Shown here piece after piece: positions 29,095 through 38,782 of a stretch of DNA of 64,000 bases (the first letter of the stretch is position 1; every line of letters begins with the position of its first letter). Made by a program: the position numbers and the translations under genes. Origin of the DNA: Minisyncoccota bacterium (GTDB taxonomy: Bacteria > Patescibacteriota > Minisyncoccia > Phycocordibacterales > DASSSU01); assembly GCA_035708305.1 (NCBI GenBank), contig DASSSU010000030.1, positions 9,649 to 73,648 on the forward strand, given 5' to 3'. The notes beneath the pieces were generated by a model. It had not been told where the DNA came from, made no database searches, and saw nothing but the letters and a program-made list of their open reading frames with translations.

Positions 29095-29568
29095 ATGAAA
29101 AACCTGATCAGAAATATGCTTCTTCCTTTTGCGAGGTGGTACTGGAGAATTTTTCGGCCGAAAACTTTTGGCGTGAAGGTACTCATTTTGAATCAGGCGG
29201 ATCATGAGGAGGTGTTGCTCGTTCGGCATGCTTATGGAAATAGAAAAAAGTGGAACCTCCCCGGCGGGGGATATCGACCCCGTCGGGAGACGCCGCTTCA
29301 AGCTGCCACGAGGGAAGTGCGGGAAGAGCTTGGGGTTGATCTTCTTAAAGGGGAAGTGATTGGCGAATACCGCACTTCTTTAGAAGGAAAGCGCGACACG
29401 GTCAGCTTTGTTCTTGGTACTGTTGCCGGAAAAGAAAATATTTTTCCGAGGGACGAGATTACAGAAGCTGTTTGGAAGAAGAGAAAAGAGACATATGCGG
29501 AAGAAAACATATCGGCAGTCATAAAAGAAGCATTGAAGTGTTTCGACTCTTTTGAGAAACAAAAATGA
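29095..29568 (+). CDS. NUDIX hydrolase
   Basis: WNLPGGG...ETPLQAATREVREELG Nudix box. Confidence 0.92.
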   Translation: MKNLIRNMLLPFARWYWRIFRPKTFGVKVLILNQADHEEVLLVRHAYGNRKKWNLPGGGYRPRRETPLQAATREVREELGVDLLKGEVIGEYRTSLEGKRDTVSFVLGTVAGKENIFPRDEITEAVWKKRKETYAEENISAVIKEALKCFDSFEKQK

Positions 29569-29600
29569 AAAAGCCGGAAAAAATTTCTCCGGCTTGCTTT
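29569..29600. terminator. Bidirectional terminator
   Basis: AAGCCGGA/TCCGGCTT stem between convergent genes. Confidence 0.65.
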
Positions 29601-30611
29601 TTATTGTTCCAACTTTTTGATGATTTTGAGGTACAATTCCTCCACTTTTTTCTTTCGGTTTTTCCCGGAATGCATGTAGTGATCCAGTCCAGGGGAAGCG
29701 TTGATTTCCAAGATCCAGTATTTTTCTGCCGCTTCAGAAATGTCTCCGTGGATCATAATGTCTACGCCGCAAAAGCGAAGTCCCATGTCTTTGGTGAGCT
29801 TCACCGCGAGATTTTTGAAATCAGGATGTACCCGGTCTGTGACATCAACCGCATCTCCGCCGTCGGAAAGGTTGGCATTGTCGAGCAGAAAAACGTGTTC
29901 TCCTTGAGAAGGAACGGAAAGAAAAGTTTTTCCCTCCCGGGTGAGTTTTGTGTGGATCCGTGGATCGGCAGGCTTGATGCGGACGTGCCGGCCAGAATCG
30001 TCGAAACTTTTTTGTTTTGCCTCTATGAGTTCAGCGATAGTCATTTTTCCGTCACCGACAACACTGAGCGGCAGGCGTTCATGAGCCAAAACCATTTCTT
30101 CATCAAGCACGACGATGCGGTACTCTTTTCCGGAAACCGGCTTTTGCACGAGTGCGATCCGATCAGATTTGAATATCACGCGCAGACCTCGGTAAAACTC
30201 GCGTTTGTTCTGAACGATCAAAACATCTCTCCCCTGGCTTCCGCTGTTTGGTTTGATTACCAGGGGGAAGCCGATGCTTTTCGCATACAGATACGCGTCA
30301 TCAATTCTTCGATCCGCCGATCCGATGGCATCCGCCCATTCGTTTGAGAAAAAAGTTTTACTGCCGGGAACAATAGAGTATCCGAGCTTTTCCATAAAAA
30401 GATTGGCAAAATCTTTGTCCTTGGCAATCTCCGAGGCGCCTACAGGGTTGAGATCTAAGGTGTTGAACTTGAAGTAAGAAACTTTTCCATTTTTGAAGAT
30501 CACCTGACCGGCCATCTTCCACTCGGGTCCAAGAAATACCCGTGCCTCGATTTGCGGTGCAATTTTTTTCAAAATATTTCCAAGTGTGCCCGGTTGATTT
30601 TTCTTTTTCAT
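29601..30611 (-). CDS. ATP-grasp protein (cyanophycin synthetase N-terminal/GshF-like)
   Basis: IAKDK, VIKPNSGSQG, EYRIVV, VGDGKMTIAELI, ANLSDGG, GVDI, LEINASPG. Confidence 0.85.
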   Translation of the reverse strand: MKKKNQPGTLGNILKKIAPQIEARVFLGPEWKMAGQVIFKNGKVSYFKFNTLDLNPVGASEIAKDKDFANLFMEKLGYSIVPGSKTFFSNEWADAIGSADRRIDDAYLYAKSIGFPLVIKPNSGSQGRDVLIVQNKREFYRGLRVIFKSDRIALVQKPVSGKEYRIVVLDEEMVLAHERLPLSVVGDGKMTIAELIEAKQKSFDDSGRHVRIKPADPRIHTKLTREGKTFLSVPSQGEHVFLLDNANLSDGGDAVDVTDRVHPDFKNLAVKLTKDMGLRFCGVDIMIHGDISEAAEKYWILEINASPGLDHYMHSGKNRKKKVEELYLKIIKKLEQ

Positions 30612-30702
30612 ATGGATTTTGAGCAGAAATATCTCTTCAAAATAGAGCATTTGTGCATTTTGTCAATTTCCAGCGTGCTGAAGTTCCTGGTAGAATTCTT
30701 TT

Positions 30703-31078
30703 ATGCAAATTACGAAAAATTTTTCGTTTAAAAAAATTGGGAATACTCATTACAGACTCCCGGAGCATACCGCTTCGAGAAGGAACGATTGGCCGGGCGC
30801 TCGGTTTCTCCGGTTTTGAGCCGCTGAAAAGCTATGTTGGGAAAAAAGATTTGTTTGGACGAAAAACCCGCGTGACGAAAAGCAACCTCGCGGATGCACT
30901 CGCTGCCGCTGCAGTGATGGAAATGGGGGAAGGAGATGAGCAAACCCCGCTTGCTGTGATAAAAGATGCGCTGGTTGTTTTCACCACAAAACCGCTTTCC
31001 GCAAAAGCGAAAAAGTTGTTTCTTGATCCTGAAAAAGACATTTTTGCCGGGGTGTATTTGGGAGTTGAAGGAAACTGA
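30703..31078 (+). pseudogene. cofE: Coenzyme F420-0:L-glutamate ligase (CofE-like) remnant lacking most of the N-terminal half
   Basis: ITDS, DLFGR, ADALAAAA..MGEGDEQTP are present; TGgTAGAAT-6nt-ATG(30703) MQI is out of frame with the C-terminal half. Confidence 0.75.
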
Positions 31079-31112
31079 GCGGCTCCTTTTTGGAGCGTGG
31101 TATTATGTTTCC

Positions 31113-32117
31113 ATGCAAGAGCTGTTTTCGGAAATATGGGAGAAATACGGCGTGGGAGAAGTGCTCATCGCGGAGAGAATCTCCAAAGGTTTTCTCAGTG
31201 AGAATTTCGTACTTTCTACTGCTTCAGGGAAATGGTTCTTGAAGCGGTATCGTCCCATGAGCGAAGCGCGTGTCAGGGAAATTCACGCGGCGAAAAAGTT
31301 TTTTCACGATGGCGGGGTTCCGGTTATTTTGCCGGTGGAGACAAAAAAAGGTGAAACATTTTTCGCCCACGAAGGAAGTTTCTATGCTTTGTTCCCGTTT
31401 GTCTCAGGGTTGCAGCCGGAACGATTTTCTCAAGAGATGACCGATGAAATGATCGTTTCCCTCGGACAAACTTTGGCTCGGATGCATTTGCTCGGGAAAG
31501 GAAGTGATCTGAAATGTGAAAGCGAAAAAGCGGATGGATGGGACAAAAAGGCATCGCTCGAAACGGCGGGAAAACTCGAAAAGGTGATAAAGAATTTGCC
31601 GCGCCAGACGGAGTTTGACGCACTCGCGTTTCAGACGATCGCTTTGAAGAAAAAACTGATCGAAGACAATAAAGTTCGCTTGGAAGACCTGAGACTTACG
31701 GCAGATCATTTGATACACGGGGATTACCATGACCAGAATGTTTTTTGGGATTCTAAAGGGAAAATTTCGCACGTGTTTGATTTTGAAAAAACGCGCTACA
31801 CCCCGCGTACATCCGAGCTTTTCCGATCCGCGCTCTATTCTTTTTTTGATGAAGATACTGAAATGTCTCTTGAAAGAATACACATGTATCTTCGCGCGTA
31901 CCTGGAAATCTATCCAATGAGCGATCGGGAACTTTATGATGGCTTTCTGGCGCACCGGCTGGGAGAGATTCACGGCTTTTGGATTGAGAAAGAGCATTAT
32001 TTTAAAAATAACACCCGCGTGGATGAACTTTTGAAGAGCAGCTTTTTACGAATCAAATTCTTTTCCGAACGTCCGGACGTACTTGAATTTTATCTTGTGT
32101 CCGGGGTTACAACATGA
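31113..32117 (+). CDS. Phosphotransferase (APH/homoserine kinase type II-like)
   Basis: WFLKRY, LARMH, IHGDYHDQNV, FDFE. Confidence 0.88.
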   Translation: MQELFSEIWEKYGVGEVLIAERISKGFLSENFVLSTASGKWFLKRYRPMSEARVREIHAAKKFFHDGGVPVILPVETKKGETFFAHEGSFYALFPFVSGLQPERFSQEMTDEMIVSLGQTLARMHLLGKGSDLKCESEKADGWDKKASLETAGKLEKVIKNLPRQTEFDALAFQTIALKKKLIEDNKVRLEDLRLTADHLIHGDYHDQNVFWDSKGKISHVFDFEKTRYTPRTSELFRSALYSFFDEDTEMSLERIHMYLRAYLEIYPMSDRELYDGFLAHRLGEIHGFWIEKEHYFKNNTRVDELLKSSFLRIKFFSERPDVLEFYLVSGVTT

Positions 32118-32170
32118 TAACCTTCTTGAGGTTGTACATGTTGTGCACCATTCAAATGAGAGGTTTGGCA

Positions 32171-32638
32171 ATGAACAACTTTGCAAATTCCAAGTTTGCT
32201 ACTTTTGATTTAAACATGATAAAGTCCAAACTTACACACCCTGAAGAGGGTGAAGGTTGGACAGATGCTTTTGCGAATTCTGTTGAGGGAGATTACCGTC
32301 GCTTTTTGTATTTAAACGCAAAGTATAAAAATGCGACATTGGTTCCATCAAAACTGGTCGACACTTTCTGGCATGCGCACATTCTCGATACGAGAAAGTA
32401 CGCACATGACTCAGGCGACCTTTTTGGTGAGTTCTTTCACCATTTTCCTTATTTTGGAATTCGTGGAGATGACGATGAAGTGAGACATAGAGAGGCTTTT
32501 GTTGAAACTCAGAAACTTTGGCTGCGAGAGTTTGGCACTGTGCAGGATGCTCATACCGGTATTGAGTTTTCAGGAAAAGCCGCAACCTGTAAAGGGATTT
32601 GTTGTTGTGATTTGATTGCTCTTGTGAAGATCGCATAA
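32171..32638 (+). CDS. Glycine-rich-domain/DUF1399-like protein with a Cys-rich tail
   Basis: YRRFLYL, VPSKLVDTFWHAHILDT, HHFPY; GAGAGG SD. Confidence 0.75.
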   Translation: MNNFANSKFATFDLNMIKSKLTHPEEGEGWTDAFANSVEGDYRRFLYLNAKYKNATLVPSKLVDTFWHAHILDTRKYAHDSGDLFGEFFHHFPYFGIRGDDDEVRHREAFVETQKLWLREFGTVQDAHTGIEFSGKAATCKGICCCDLIALVKIA

Positions 32639-32679
32639 CTTGCTGCTTTAGCAGAAATAAAATTTAGATTATTCTTTTT

Positions 32680-32709
32680 GGCACCACATATGTGGTGCCT
32701 TCTTTTTTT
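32680..32709 (+). terminator. Intrinsic terminator
   Basis: Perfect palindrome GGCACCACATATGTGGTGCC followed by a T tract. Confidence 0.8.
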
Positions 32710-32755
32710 GAGAATGGTTATGTAGTATATTGAACTGGAAAATTTATCACATTTT

Positions 32756-33667
32756 ATGAATATCAAAAGTGAATTGGAGAAAAATAAATATGTCAAAAGC
32801 GTAGAACCGGTAGATTTGCGCGGTGTGCTCCGTGCCGAAGGAGGGGGAAAGAAAATTTTGGCGGAGAAATATTTGAAGGCAATTAACGTATACCGTTTTG
32901 TGTATACCGTAACGTCAAAGGAAGTGGTGGGGTACGTTTCGATACCAAAAATGAAGGAGGGAGAAAAACTTCCTTGCATTATCCATCTTCGTGGCGGAAG
33001 CGGGGAATTCGGCAGGCTCGATCCCTCGTCTCTCCCGGAAAAACTCGTGAAGTATTCGGCGGAAGGGTACGTGGTTATCGCCACTCAATACCCCGGCGTA
33101 GAGGGCGGAACGGGGAAAGATTCGTTTGGTGGGCCGGATGATATACTAAGCATCTTAAAGCTCAAAGACATTTTGAAATCTATTCCTGTTGCTGATGCTG
33201 AAAAGATTGGAGTAAAAGGGCATTCAAGGGGCGGACTGATGGTGTATATGCTTCTTCGAGAAGTGCGCTGGGTGAAGTGTGCCGTGATCAGCGGTGCGCC
33301 GGTGGACCAGATACGTGAAGCGGAAGAACGGGAAGGGTGGAGAAAGCATCAAGTTTCCATGTGGGGTGCTTCGAGAGGGCAAAGTCTTCGAAGATCGCCG
33401 ATTTTTTGGGTGGGCGAAATGACGAAGAAGACACCGATACTTCTCATGCACGGATCATCCGACCGGAGAGTTTCACCCCAAAACGCTCTTCGGATGAGTG
33501 CCGCAATGACGGAAGCCGTCATTCCGCACCGGTTTCTTTTGTTTGAAGGTGCGGATCACGTTATCACTGAACACAAAGAAGAATATTTTGCACAGACGCT
33601 TTGTTGGTTTGAAAGGTTTTTAAAAAATAAAGAATTACTGCCCGATATGAAACCTCATGGAAAATAG
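32756..33667 (+). CDS. S9 prolyl oligopeptidase-family hydrolase
   Basis: GHSRGG nucleophile, MHGSSD.RV, EGADH. Confidence 0.88.
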   Translation: MNIKSELEKNKYVKSVEPVDLRGVLRAEGGGKKILAEKYLKAINVYRFVYTVTSKEVVGYVSIPKMKEGEKLPCIIHLRGGSGEFGRLDPSSLPEKLVKYSAEGYVVIATQYPGVEGGTGKDSFGGPDDILSILKLKDILKSIPVADAEKIGVKGHSRGGLMVYMLLREVRWVKCAVISGAPVDQIREAEEREGWRKHQVSMWGASRGQSLRRSPIFWVGEMTKKTPILLMHGSSDRRVSPQNALRMSAAMTEAVIPHRFLLFEGADHVITEHKEEYFAQTLCWFERFLKNKELLPDMKPHGK

Positions 33668-34020
33668 AAGTTTTTAATTTCTTCGGGAAATTAATTTGCA
33701 GCTTAAAATTTCTTTCTGCGTATTTGTCCGGCTTTTAGAATTTCACTCTCCATTCACACAAAAATGCTGCGAGTGAAACTCACGGTTGGAAAATTGTACT
33801 TGGTGTACCAACTTGTTTCGGAGATTAAAATGGTGATCTCGGTGGGGATTGCGAAGAAACAAGCGCGTGTTTCTCGACTTCGGCTTTCTCTGGAGTGAAA
33901 ACTGAATAAAAAGTTTCTCAAAATTTGCTCGACGTTTTATGTTGGAGAAGGTTCTCTGGATATTATCGACATTCCATGGAAAAATATTCTGACCCGCGTG
34001 CAACTTGAAATCATGTAAAT

Positions 34021-34473
34021 TTATTTTGTACTTACCGTGCCAGTGAGCACGGTTTTTGTGATAATGTGCGCGGCTATGGCCTTTTCAAGTTCTGCGCGGG
34101 TGGCGCCAGCAGGCAGATCAAGTTTGGCGTCCAGTGCGGAGAGTTCAAAAATATAATGATGAACTCCAGAAGGAGGGCAGGGACCGCCATAACCGCTTTT
34201 TCCGAAATCTGTACAGCCTTCCTTTGCGTTGTCCGGTACAGAATTTTCCGGGATTTTCATGGTGTTTTGCGAAATATTCCAGATGGTCCAATGCAAAAAA
34301 TCTCCCGAGGGTGCATCCGGATCATGCATGATGAGCACCAGGCTTTTTGTCCCTTCCGGCACACCGGAAATCTCAAGCGACGGGTTTATGCCTTCGCCGC
34401 GGCAGGTGTACTTTTCGGGAATCACTTCACCGTCCTCGAAGGCACTGCTGAAAAGTTTGAAATTTGTTTCCAT
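34021..34473 (-). CDS. YbhB/YbcL (PEBP family) protein
   Basis: MHDPDAP, HW, GYGGPCPPSGVHHYIF. Confidence 0.93.
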   Translation of the reverse strand: METNFKLFSSAFEDGEVIPEKYTCRGEGINPSLEISGVPEGTKSLVLIMHDPDAPSGDFLHWTIWNISQNTMKIPENSVPDNAKEGCTDFGKSGYGGPCPPSGVHHYIFELSALDAKLDLPAGATRAELEKAIAAHIITKTVLTGTVSTK

Positions 34474-34642
34474 AATGGTTTGAATTATGTATTTAAGAAT
34501 AGTATAAACGATATGGAGAGATGGTGAATTTTATATAAAAATTGGAAGCAAAGACTGCAGGTATGCTTTTTCCTGGAAACAAGAGGTGAAAATTCATACT
34601 CCGTGCAAAGTATGGTGCAGTGAAGTATACTGTGGATTACTT

Positions 34643-35131
34643 ATGGAAAAAATAAAAAATCTTTTTCAAGAAAAATATCTGCACCGGCTTTTCATCCTCG
34701 GTGTTTTGTTTAAGGCGTTTGACGGTACCGTGGAGATTCTCGCTGGAATGTTGCTTCTTTTTCCGGGGATTTTCAGAGGGATTGCGAATGCGTTTATCCG
34801 GGGCGAGCTTGTTGAAGACCCGCATGATTTTCTTGCAAATCTATTGGCACACTTTCTTCCGGCGCTTGCTCATGTTGAGTTTTTTGCAACGATCTATTTA
34901 CTCGTGCATGGCGTGGTGAAAGTTTTTTTGGTTGTCGGGCTTCTACGCGGCAAGCTCTGGGCGTATCCGGCAGCGATCATTGTTTTTGCACTTTTTATTA
35001 TTTACCAAATCTACCGCTATACGAACACGCATTCGTTCTTTCTCATTCTTCTTACCATCCTTGATGTTTTTGTGGTGTGGCTCACCTGGCACGAGTGGCG
35101 GCTTTTTCAGAAAAGAGGCATAAATATTTAA
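34643..35131 (+). CDS. DUF2127 membrane protein
   Basis: KAFDGTVE, EDPHD, YLLVHGVVK, WAYP, YQIY, LTWHEW. Confidence 0.8.
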   Translation: MEKIKNLFQEKYLHRLFILGVLFKAFDGTVEILAGMLLLFPGIFRGIANAFIRGELVEDPHDFLANLLAHFLPALAHVEFFATIYLLVHGVVKVFLVVGLLRGKLWAYPAAIIVFALFIIYQIYRYTNTHSFFLILLTILDVFVVWLTWHEWRLFQKRGINI

Positions 35132-35206
35132 ATTTTTTGGAACTCCTTCAACAAACGAAAAACGCGATGGAAGAAGCAAACGTCTTTTTGTGGCATAATG
35201 TAAAGC

Positions 35207-35875
35207 ATGGAGTTTGTGAAAGAAACTAACCAAGCGAAACTTTCTGAAATTCTTGCTTCAGCTCTTTCTTCGGCACTTCGAGAATACGGACAGGTGGTGT
35301 GGCTGGTTTCCGGCGGAAGTAATATTCCACTTTCTGTTGCAGCAATGCAAAAAATCAGCTTGCAAGCGAGTGATCGGCTTGTTGTAATGCAGGCGGATGA
35401 GCGTTATGGACATTTCGAACATCCGGATTCCAACTGGTTGCAGCTTCTCCAGGCGGGTTTTGACGGCAAGCGGGCGAAGCTGATTCCTATTTTGAGAAAG
35501 GAAAATCTTTCGATCGAAGAAACCGCGCGGCGCTATGAACAAAAAATTTCTGATGAATTTCGTCAGGCCGGTTTTATTCTCGGACAATTTGGTATCGGAC
35601 CGGACGGACACATTGCTGGTATTTTGCCCGGATCATCCGCAACGAAAGAAACAGGCTTGGTCGCGTTTTATCGGGAGCCCAAATTTGAGCGGATCACACT
35701 TTCGTTTGCCGCTCTTCGATGCGTATCGGCAGCTTTTGTTTTTGTCTTTGGGAAAAAGAAAGAAGCGGCTTTGAAGGATCTGAAGGAAAAAGAGTTGTCG
35801 CTTAAAGAAGAGCCGGCACAGATTTTAAAGAAAATTTCCCATGCGACGGTGTATAATGACCTTATTGGTTTCTAA
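35207..35875 (+). CDS. pgl: 6-phosphogluconolactonase
   Basis: SGGS, DERY, SN, GIGPDGHIAG, RITL; next to gnd and zwf. Confidence 0.85.
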   Translation: MEFVKETNQAKLSEILASALSSALREYGQVVWLVSGGSNIPLSVAAMQKISLQASDRLVVMQADERYGHFEHPDSNWLQLLQAGFDGKRAKLIPILRKENLSIEETARRYEQKISDEFRQAGFILGQFGIGPDGHIAGILPGSSATKETGLVAFYREPKFERITLSFAALRCVSAAFVFVFGKKKEAALKDLKEKELSLKEEPAQILKKISHATVYNDLIGF

Positions 35876-35886
35876 TAAAAATTTTT

Positions 35887-36804
35887 ATGATGAAATTTGT
35901 TGTTGTTGGGCTTGGAAAAATGGGAATGCAGATTGTGGAGAGAGCGTGTGCGGCAGGGTTTTCTGTGATCGCTCTTGACTCAAACGAAGCAGCGAAACAA
36001 AGAGCAGAAAGTTTGGGTTCGTATGCGGCGAGCGGCCGTGAAGATGCGGTCGCGCAATTCCAAGGAGAGGAACGGGTGATTGTCTGGCTCATGATTCCCG
36101 CGGCGGCAGTAGAAGCGGAAACTCTCGCTTGGATGGAAGTTCTTTCGGAAGGAAGCCTGCTTGTGGATGGAGGAAATTCAGACTTTCGGCACACAAAAAA
36201 TCGCGCAGAAAAACTTGCGCAGAAGAACATTGACATGGTGGACGTGGGGGTGTCAGGTGGGATTTTGGGCGAGAAAAACGGCTTTTCCATGATGGCGGGC
36301 GGTGATGAAGAGGGCTATCGAACAATCACTCCGCTTCTTGACGCGCTTGCTAAGCCACACGGCGGGCATCGGTATTTCGGTGAACACGGCAGTGGGCATT
36401 TTGTGAAAATGGTCCACAACGCAATCGAATACGGCATGATGGAGAGCTTGGCAGAAGGGTATGAGGTTTTGAAAGAAGGGCCGTATAAACACCTGGACTT
36501 GGCAGCGGTGGGCGAAGTCTGGCAGGCGTCGAGTGTGATCACAAGCAATTTGAACGGGCTGGTGGCAGAAATTATGCACGAAGATCAAGACCTTGGCGGA
36601 GTGAGTGGCTATGTGGCAGAATCTGGCGAGGCACGTTGGACGCTTGAGGTAGCAAAATCAGCGGGAATTGAAATGCCGGGCGTGCAGGCGGCGTTTAACG
36701 TGCGAGTGGAATCGGAAAAGGGCAAGGTAAACTACACAACGAAGCTTTTGGCAAAATTGCGGAATAAGTTTGGCGGACATGCGGTCAATAAACTGGAAAA
36801 ATAA
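35887..36804 (+). CDS. gnd: 6-phosphogluconate dehydrogenase (short YqeC type)
   Basis: GLGKMG, DGGNS, DVGVSGG, VKMVHNAIEYG, RNKFGGH. Confidence 0.95.
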   Translation: MMKFVVVGLGKMGMQIVERACAAGFSVIALDSNEAAKQRAESLGSYAASGREDAVAQFQGEERVIVWLMIPAAAVEAETLAWMEVLSEGSLLVDGGNSDFRHTKNRAEKLAQKNIDMVDVGVSGGILGEKNGFSMMAGGDEEGYRTITPLLDALAKPHGGHRYFGEHGSGHFVKMVHNAIEYGMMESLAEGYEVLKEGPYKHLDLAAVGEVWQASSVITSNLNGLVAEIMHEDQDLGGVSGYVAESGEARWTLEVAKSAGIEMPGVQAAFNVRVESEKGKVNYTTKLLAKLRNKFGGHAVNKLEK

Positions 36805-38247
36805 ATGGAAAATACTCCAAAAACAGACTTCGAACTGAACTTAGAGCCAGCAACGATTGTCATCTTTGGAATTACCGGTGACTTGTCGCAACGAAGACTT
36901 CTTCCGGCACTTTACCACTTGTTGAGAACCAATCTGCTTCACGAAAAAACGCGGATCTTGGGAGTAACACGGCGGCAGGATTTGAAGCCGCATCACTTGC
37001 TGGACAAAGCCAAGCTTTGTGTGCTTGAGGAGGATGGGGTTTGCAGTGAAGAAATTTTTGAAAAACTAAAATCCAAGCTTGAAGTGTATTCCATGGACGC
37101 CTCGAAGCCGGATGATTATTCAAAGTTAAAAAAATACCTAGACGATATCGAAAGAGAAACCGGATTGTGCTTGAGCCGAGTTTTCTATCTTGCTGTTCCA
37201 CCGGCTGTTTCGGCGCCGATTATTCACCACCTTGGTGAAAACAAGCTTAATCATGGCTGTCAAAAGCATGACGCCAAGGCAAGGCTCCTGCTTGAAAAAC
37301 CGTTTGGTTTTGATACAAAAACTGCGAAAGCACTGGTAGAGGAGACCACGGAATTTTTTGATGAATCGCAGATTTTCCGCATTGATCATTATCTGGCAAA
37401 AGAAACGGTACAAAACATAGTGACATTTCGCTTTCGCAACCCGATTTTTGAAGATATTTGGGATAAAGATCATGTGCAGTCGATTGCGATTGAGGCGGAT
37501 GAGAGTTTGGGTATTGAAGGTCGCGCGGATTTCTATGAGCAGACCGGTGCACTCCGGGATCTGATCCAGAGTCATTTGCTTCATGTGATGAGCGTCGTCA
37601 TGATGGACAAGCCGCAAACTCTGGAGAGTGCAGATGACATGCACCAGACTCGGCTGAAGCTTTTGAAGTCTATTGAAATTGTCCCGGCGAAAAAACTCGG
37701 AAGTCGTGTACTTCGGGGACAGTATCGGAGCTACAAAGAGGAAACGCACAACGACGAAACCCACGTAGAGACTTTTGCCGCACTCAAATTATTTTCAAAA
37801 AGCAAACGGTGGCGCGGCGTGCCGATCTTTATCAAAACCGGGAAGGCGCTTGCAAAAAAACAAACAATAATAACCATTCATTTCAAGCCACCCAAAAACG
37901 ATCATGACCATACCAACCGGCTTATTTTTTCTATTCAGCCAAACGAAGGGATCACTATTGATTTGTGGGTGAAAAAGCCAGGCTTTGAGAAAAAACTCGA
38001 AACAGCTGAAATGAAGTTTAGTTACAAACAAACTTTCGATGAAGAAGGCCATCCGGATGCTTACGAGCGTGTACTTGTCGATGCAATCCGCGGGGACAAC
38101 ATGCTTTTTGCGACTTCAGATGAGGTGATGGTGGCATGGCGGATTATTGAACCGGTTATCAGGGCATGGGCTGAGAATGGAGACGGACTCAAAATCTATG
38201 ATTCCGGGTCAGAAGGTCCAGATATGAGTGTGCTCCGAGGTGAGTAA
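36805..38247 (+). CDS. zwf: Glucose-6-phosphate 1-dehydrogenase
   Basis: GITGDL, EKPFG, RIDHYLAKE, RDLIQSH, WRGVP, DAYE. Confidence 0.96.
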   Translation: MENTPKTDFELNLEPATIVIFGITGDLSQRRLLPALYHLLRTNLLHEKTRILGVTRRQDLKPHHLLDKAKLCVLEEDGVCSEEIFEKLKSKLEVYSMDASKPDDYSKLKKYLDDIERETGLCLSRVFYLAVPPAVSAPIIHHLGENKLNHGCQKHDAKARLLLEKPFGFDTKTAKALVEETTEFFDESQIFRIDHYLAKETVQNIVTFRFRNPIFEDIWDKDHVQSIAIEADESLGIEGRADFYEQTGALRDLIQSHLLHVMSVVMMDKPQTLESADDMHQTRLKLLKSIEIVPAKKLGSRVLRGQYRSYKEETHNDETHVETFAALKLFSKSKRWRGVPIFIKTGKALAKKQTIITIHFKPPKNDHDHTNRLIFSIQPNEGITIDLWVKKPGFEKKLETAEMKFSYKQTFDEEGHPDAYERVLVDAIRGDNMLFATSDEVMVAWRIIEPVIRAWAENGDGLKIYDSGSEGPDMSVLRGE

Positions 38248-38302
38248 AATCAGCGGACATATTTTCACAAAAAATTTATTGGAAGGGCATTACAATGCTT
38301 GC

Positions 38303-38734
38303 ATGACGCAAGGCCAAAAGCAGCTGCAGGTTTTTCAAACGACGCTCCAAAAAACGCACGAAATGGTGAAGGCTGTCAACGATCGTTTTTCCTGGGAAGA
38401 CGAACACAAGGCGTATCTGGCGCTTCGAAGTATTTTGCAGACGCTTCGCGATCGGCTGACGATTGAAAATGCCGCCTCACTCGGCGCACAGCTTCCGATG
38501 CTGGTGCGCGGCTTTTATTTTGAAGGGTGGAAACCGCAGTCTGCGCCGATCAAAATGAATCGCGCGGAGTTTGTCGGAGAAGTAGAGCGGGTGCTTGAAC
38601 CGCCCTTTGATGAAAGCACGGAAGATATTATCAAAGGCGTGCTTGCGATCGTGGAGAGCTATACCGATCCGGCAGAAATGCGAAAGATTAAAAAAACGCT
38701 TCCGAAAGATATTGTGGAAATGCTTGGTCCGTAG
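38303..38734 (+). CDS. DUF2267 protein
   Basis: LRDRL...LGAQLPMLVRG.YFEGW; ends LPKDI. Confidence 0.85.
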   Translation: MTQGQKQLQVFQTTLQKTHEMVKAVNDRFSWEDEHKAYLALRSILQTLRDRLTIENAASLGAQLPMLVRGFYFEGWKPQSAPIKMNRAEFVGEVERVLEPPFDESTEDIIKGVLAIVESYTDPAEMRKIKKTLPKDIVEMLGP

Positions 38735-38782
38735 CAGTTTACTTTGCATTACAAATTTTATTTATCAATAATTTTAAAATGT

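Noticed and set aside
28324-33898. Genome-wide stop-codon reassignment to explain the in-frame TAG and TGA
   Set aside because: TAG and TGA both terminate intact conserved genes here, and RF2 with SPF is present.
16470-34020. Classical tRNA-anchored genomic island or prophage
   Set aside because: No integrase, no phage genes and no duplicated tRNA 3' end found.
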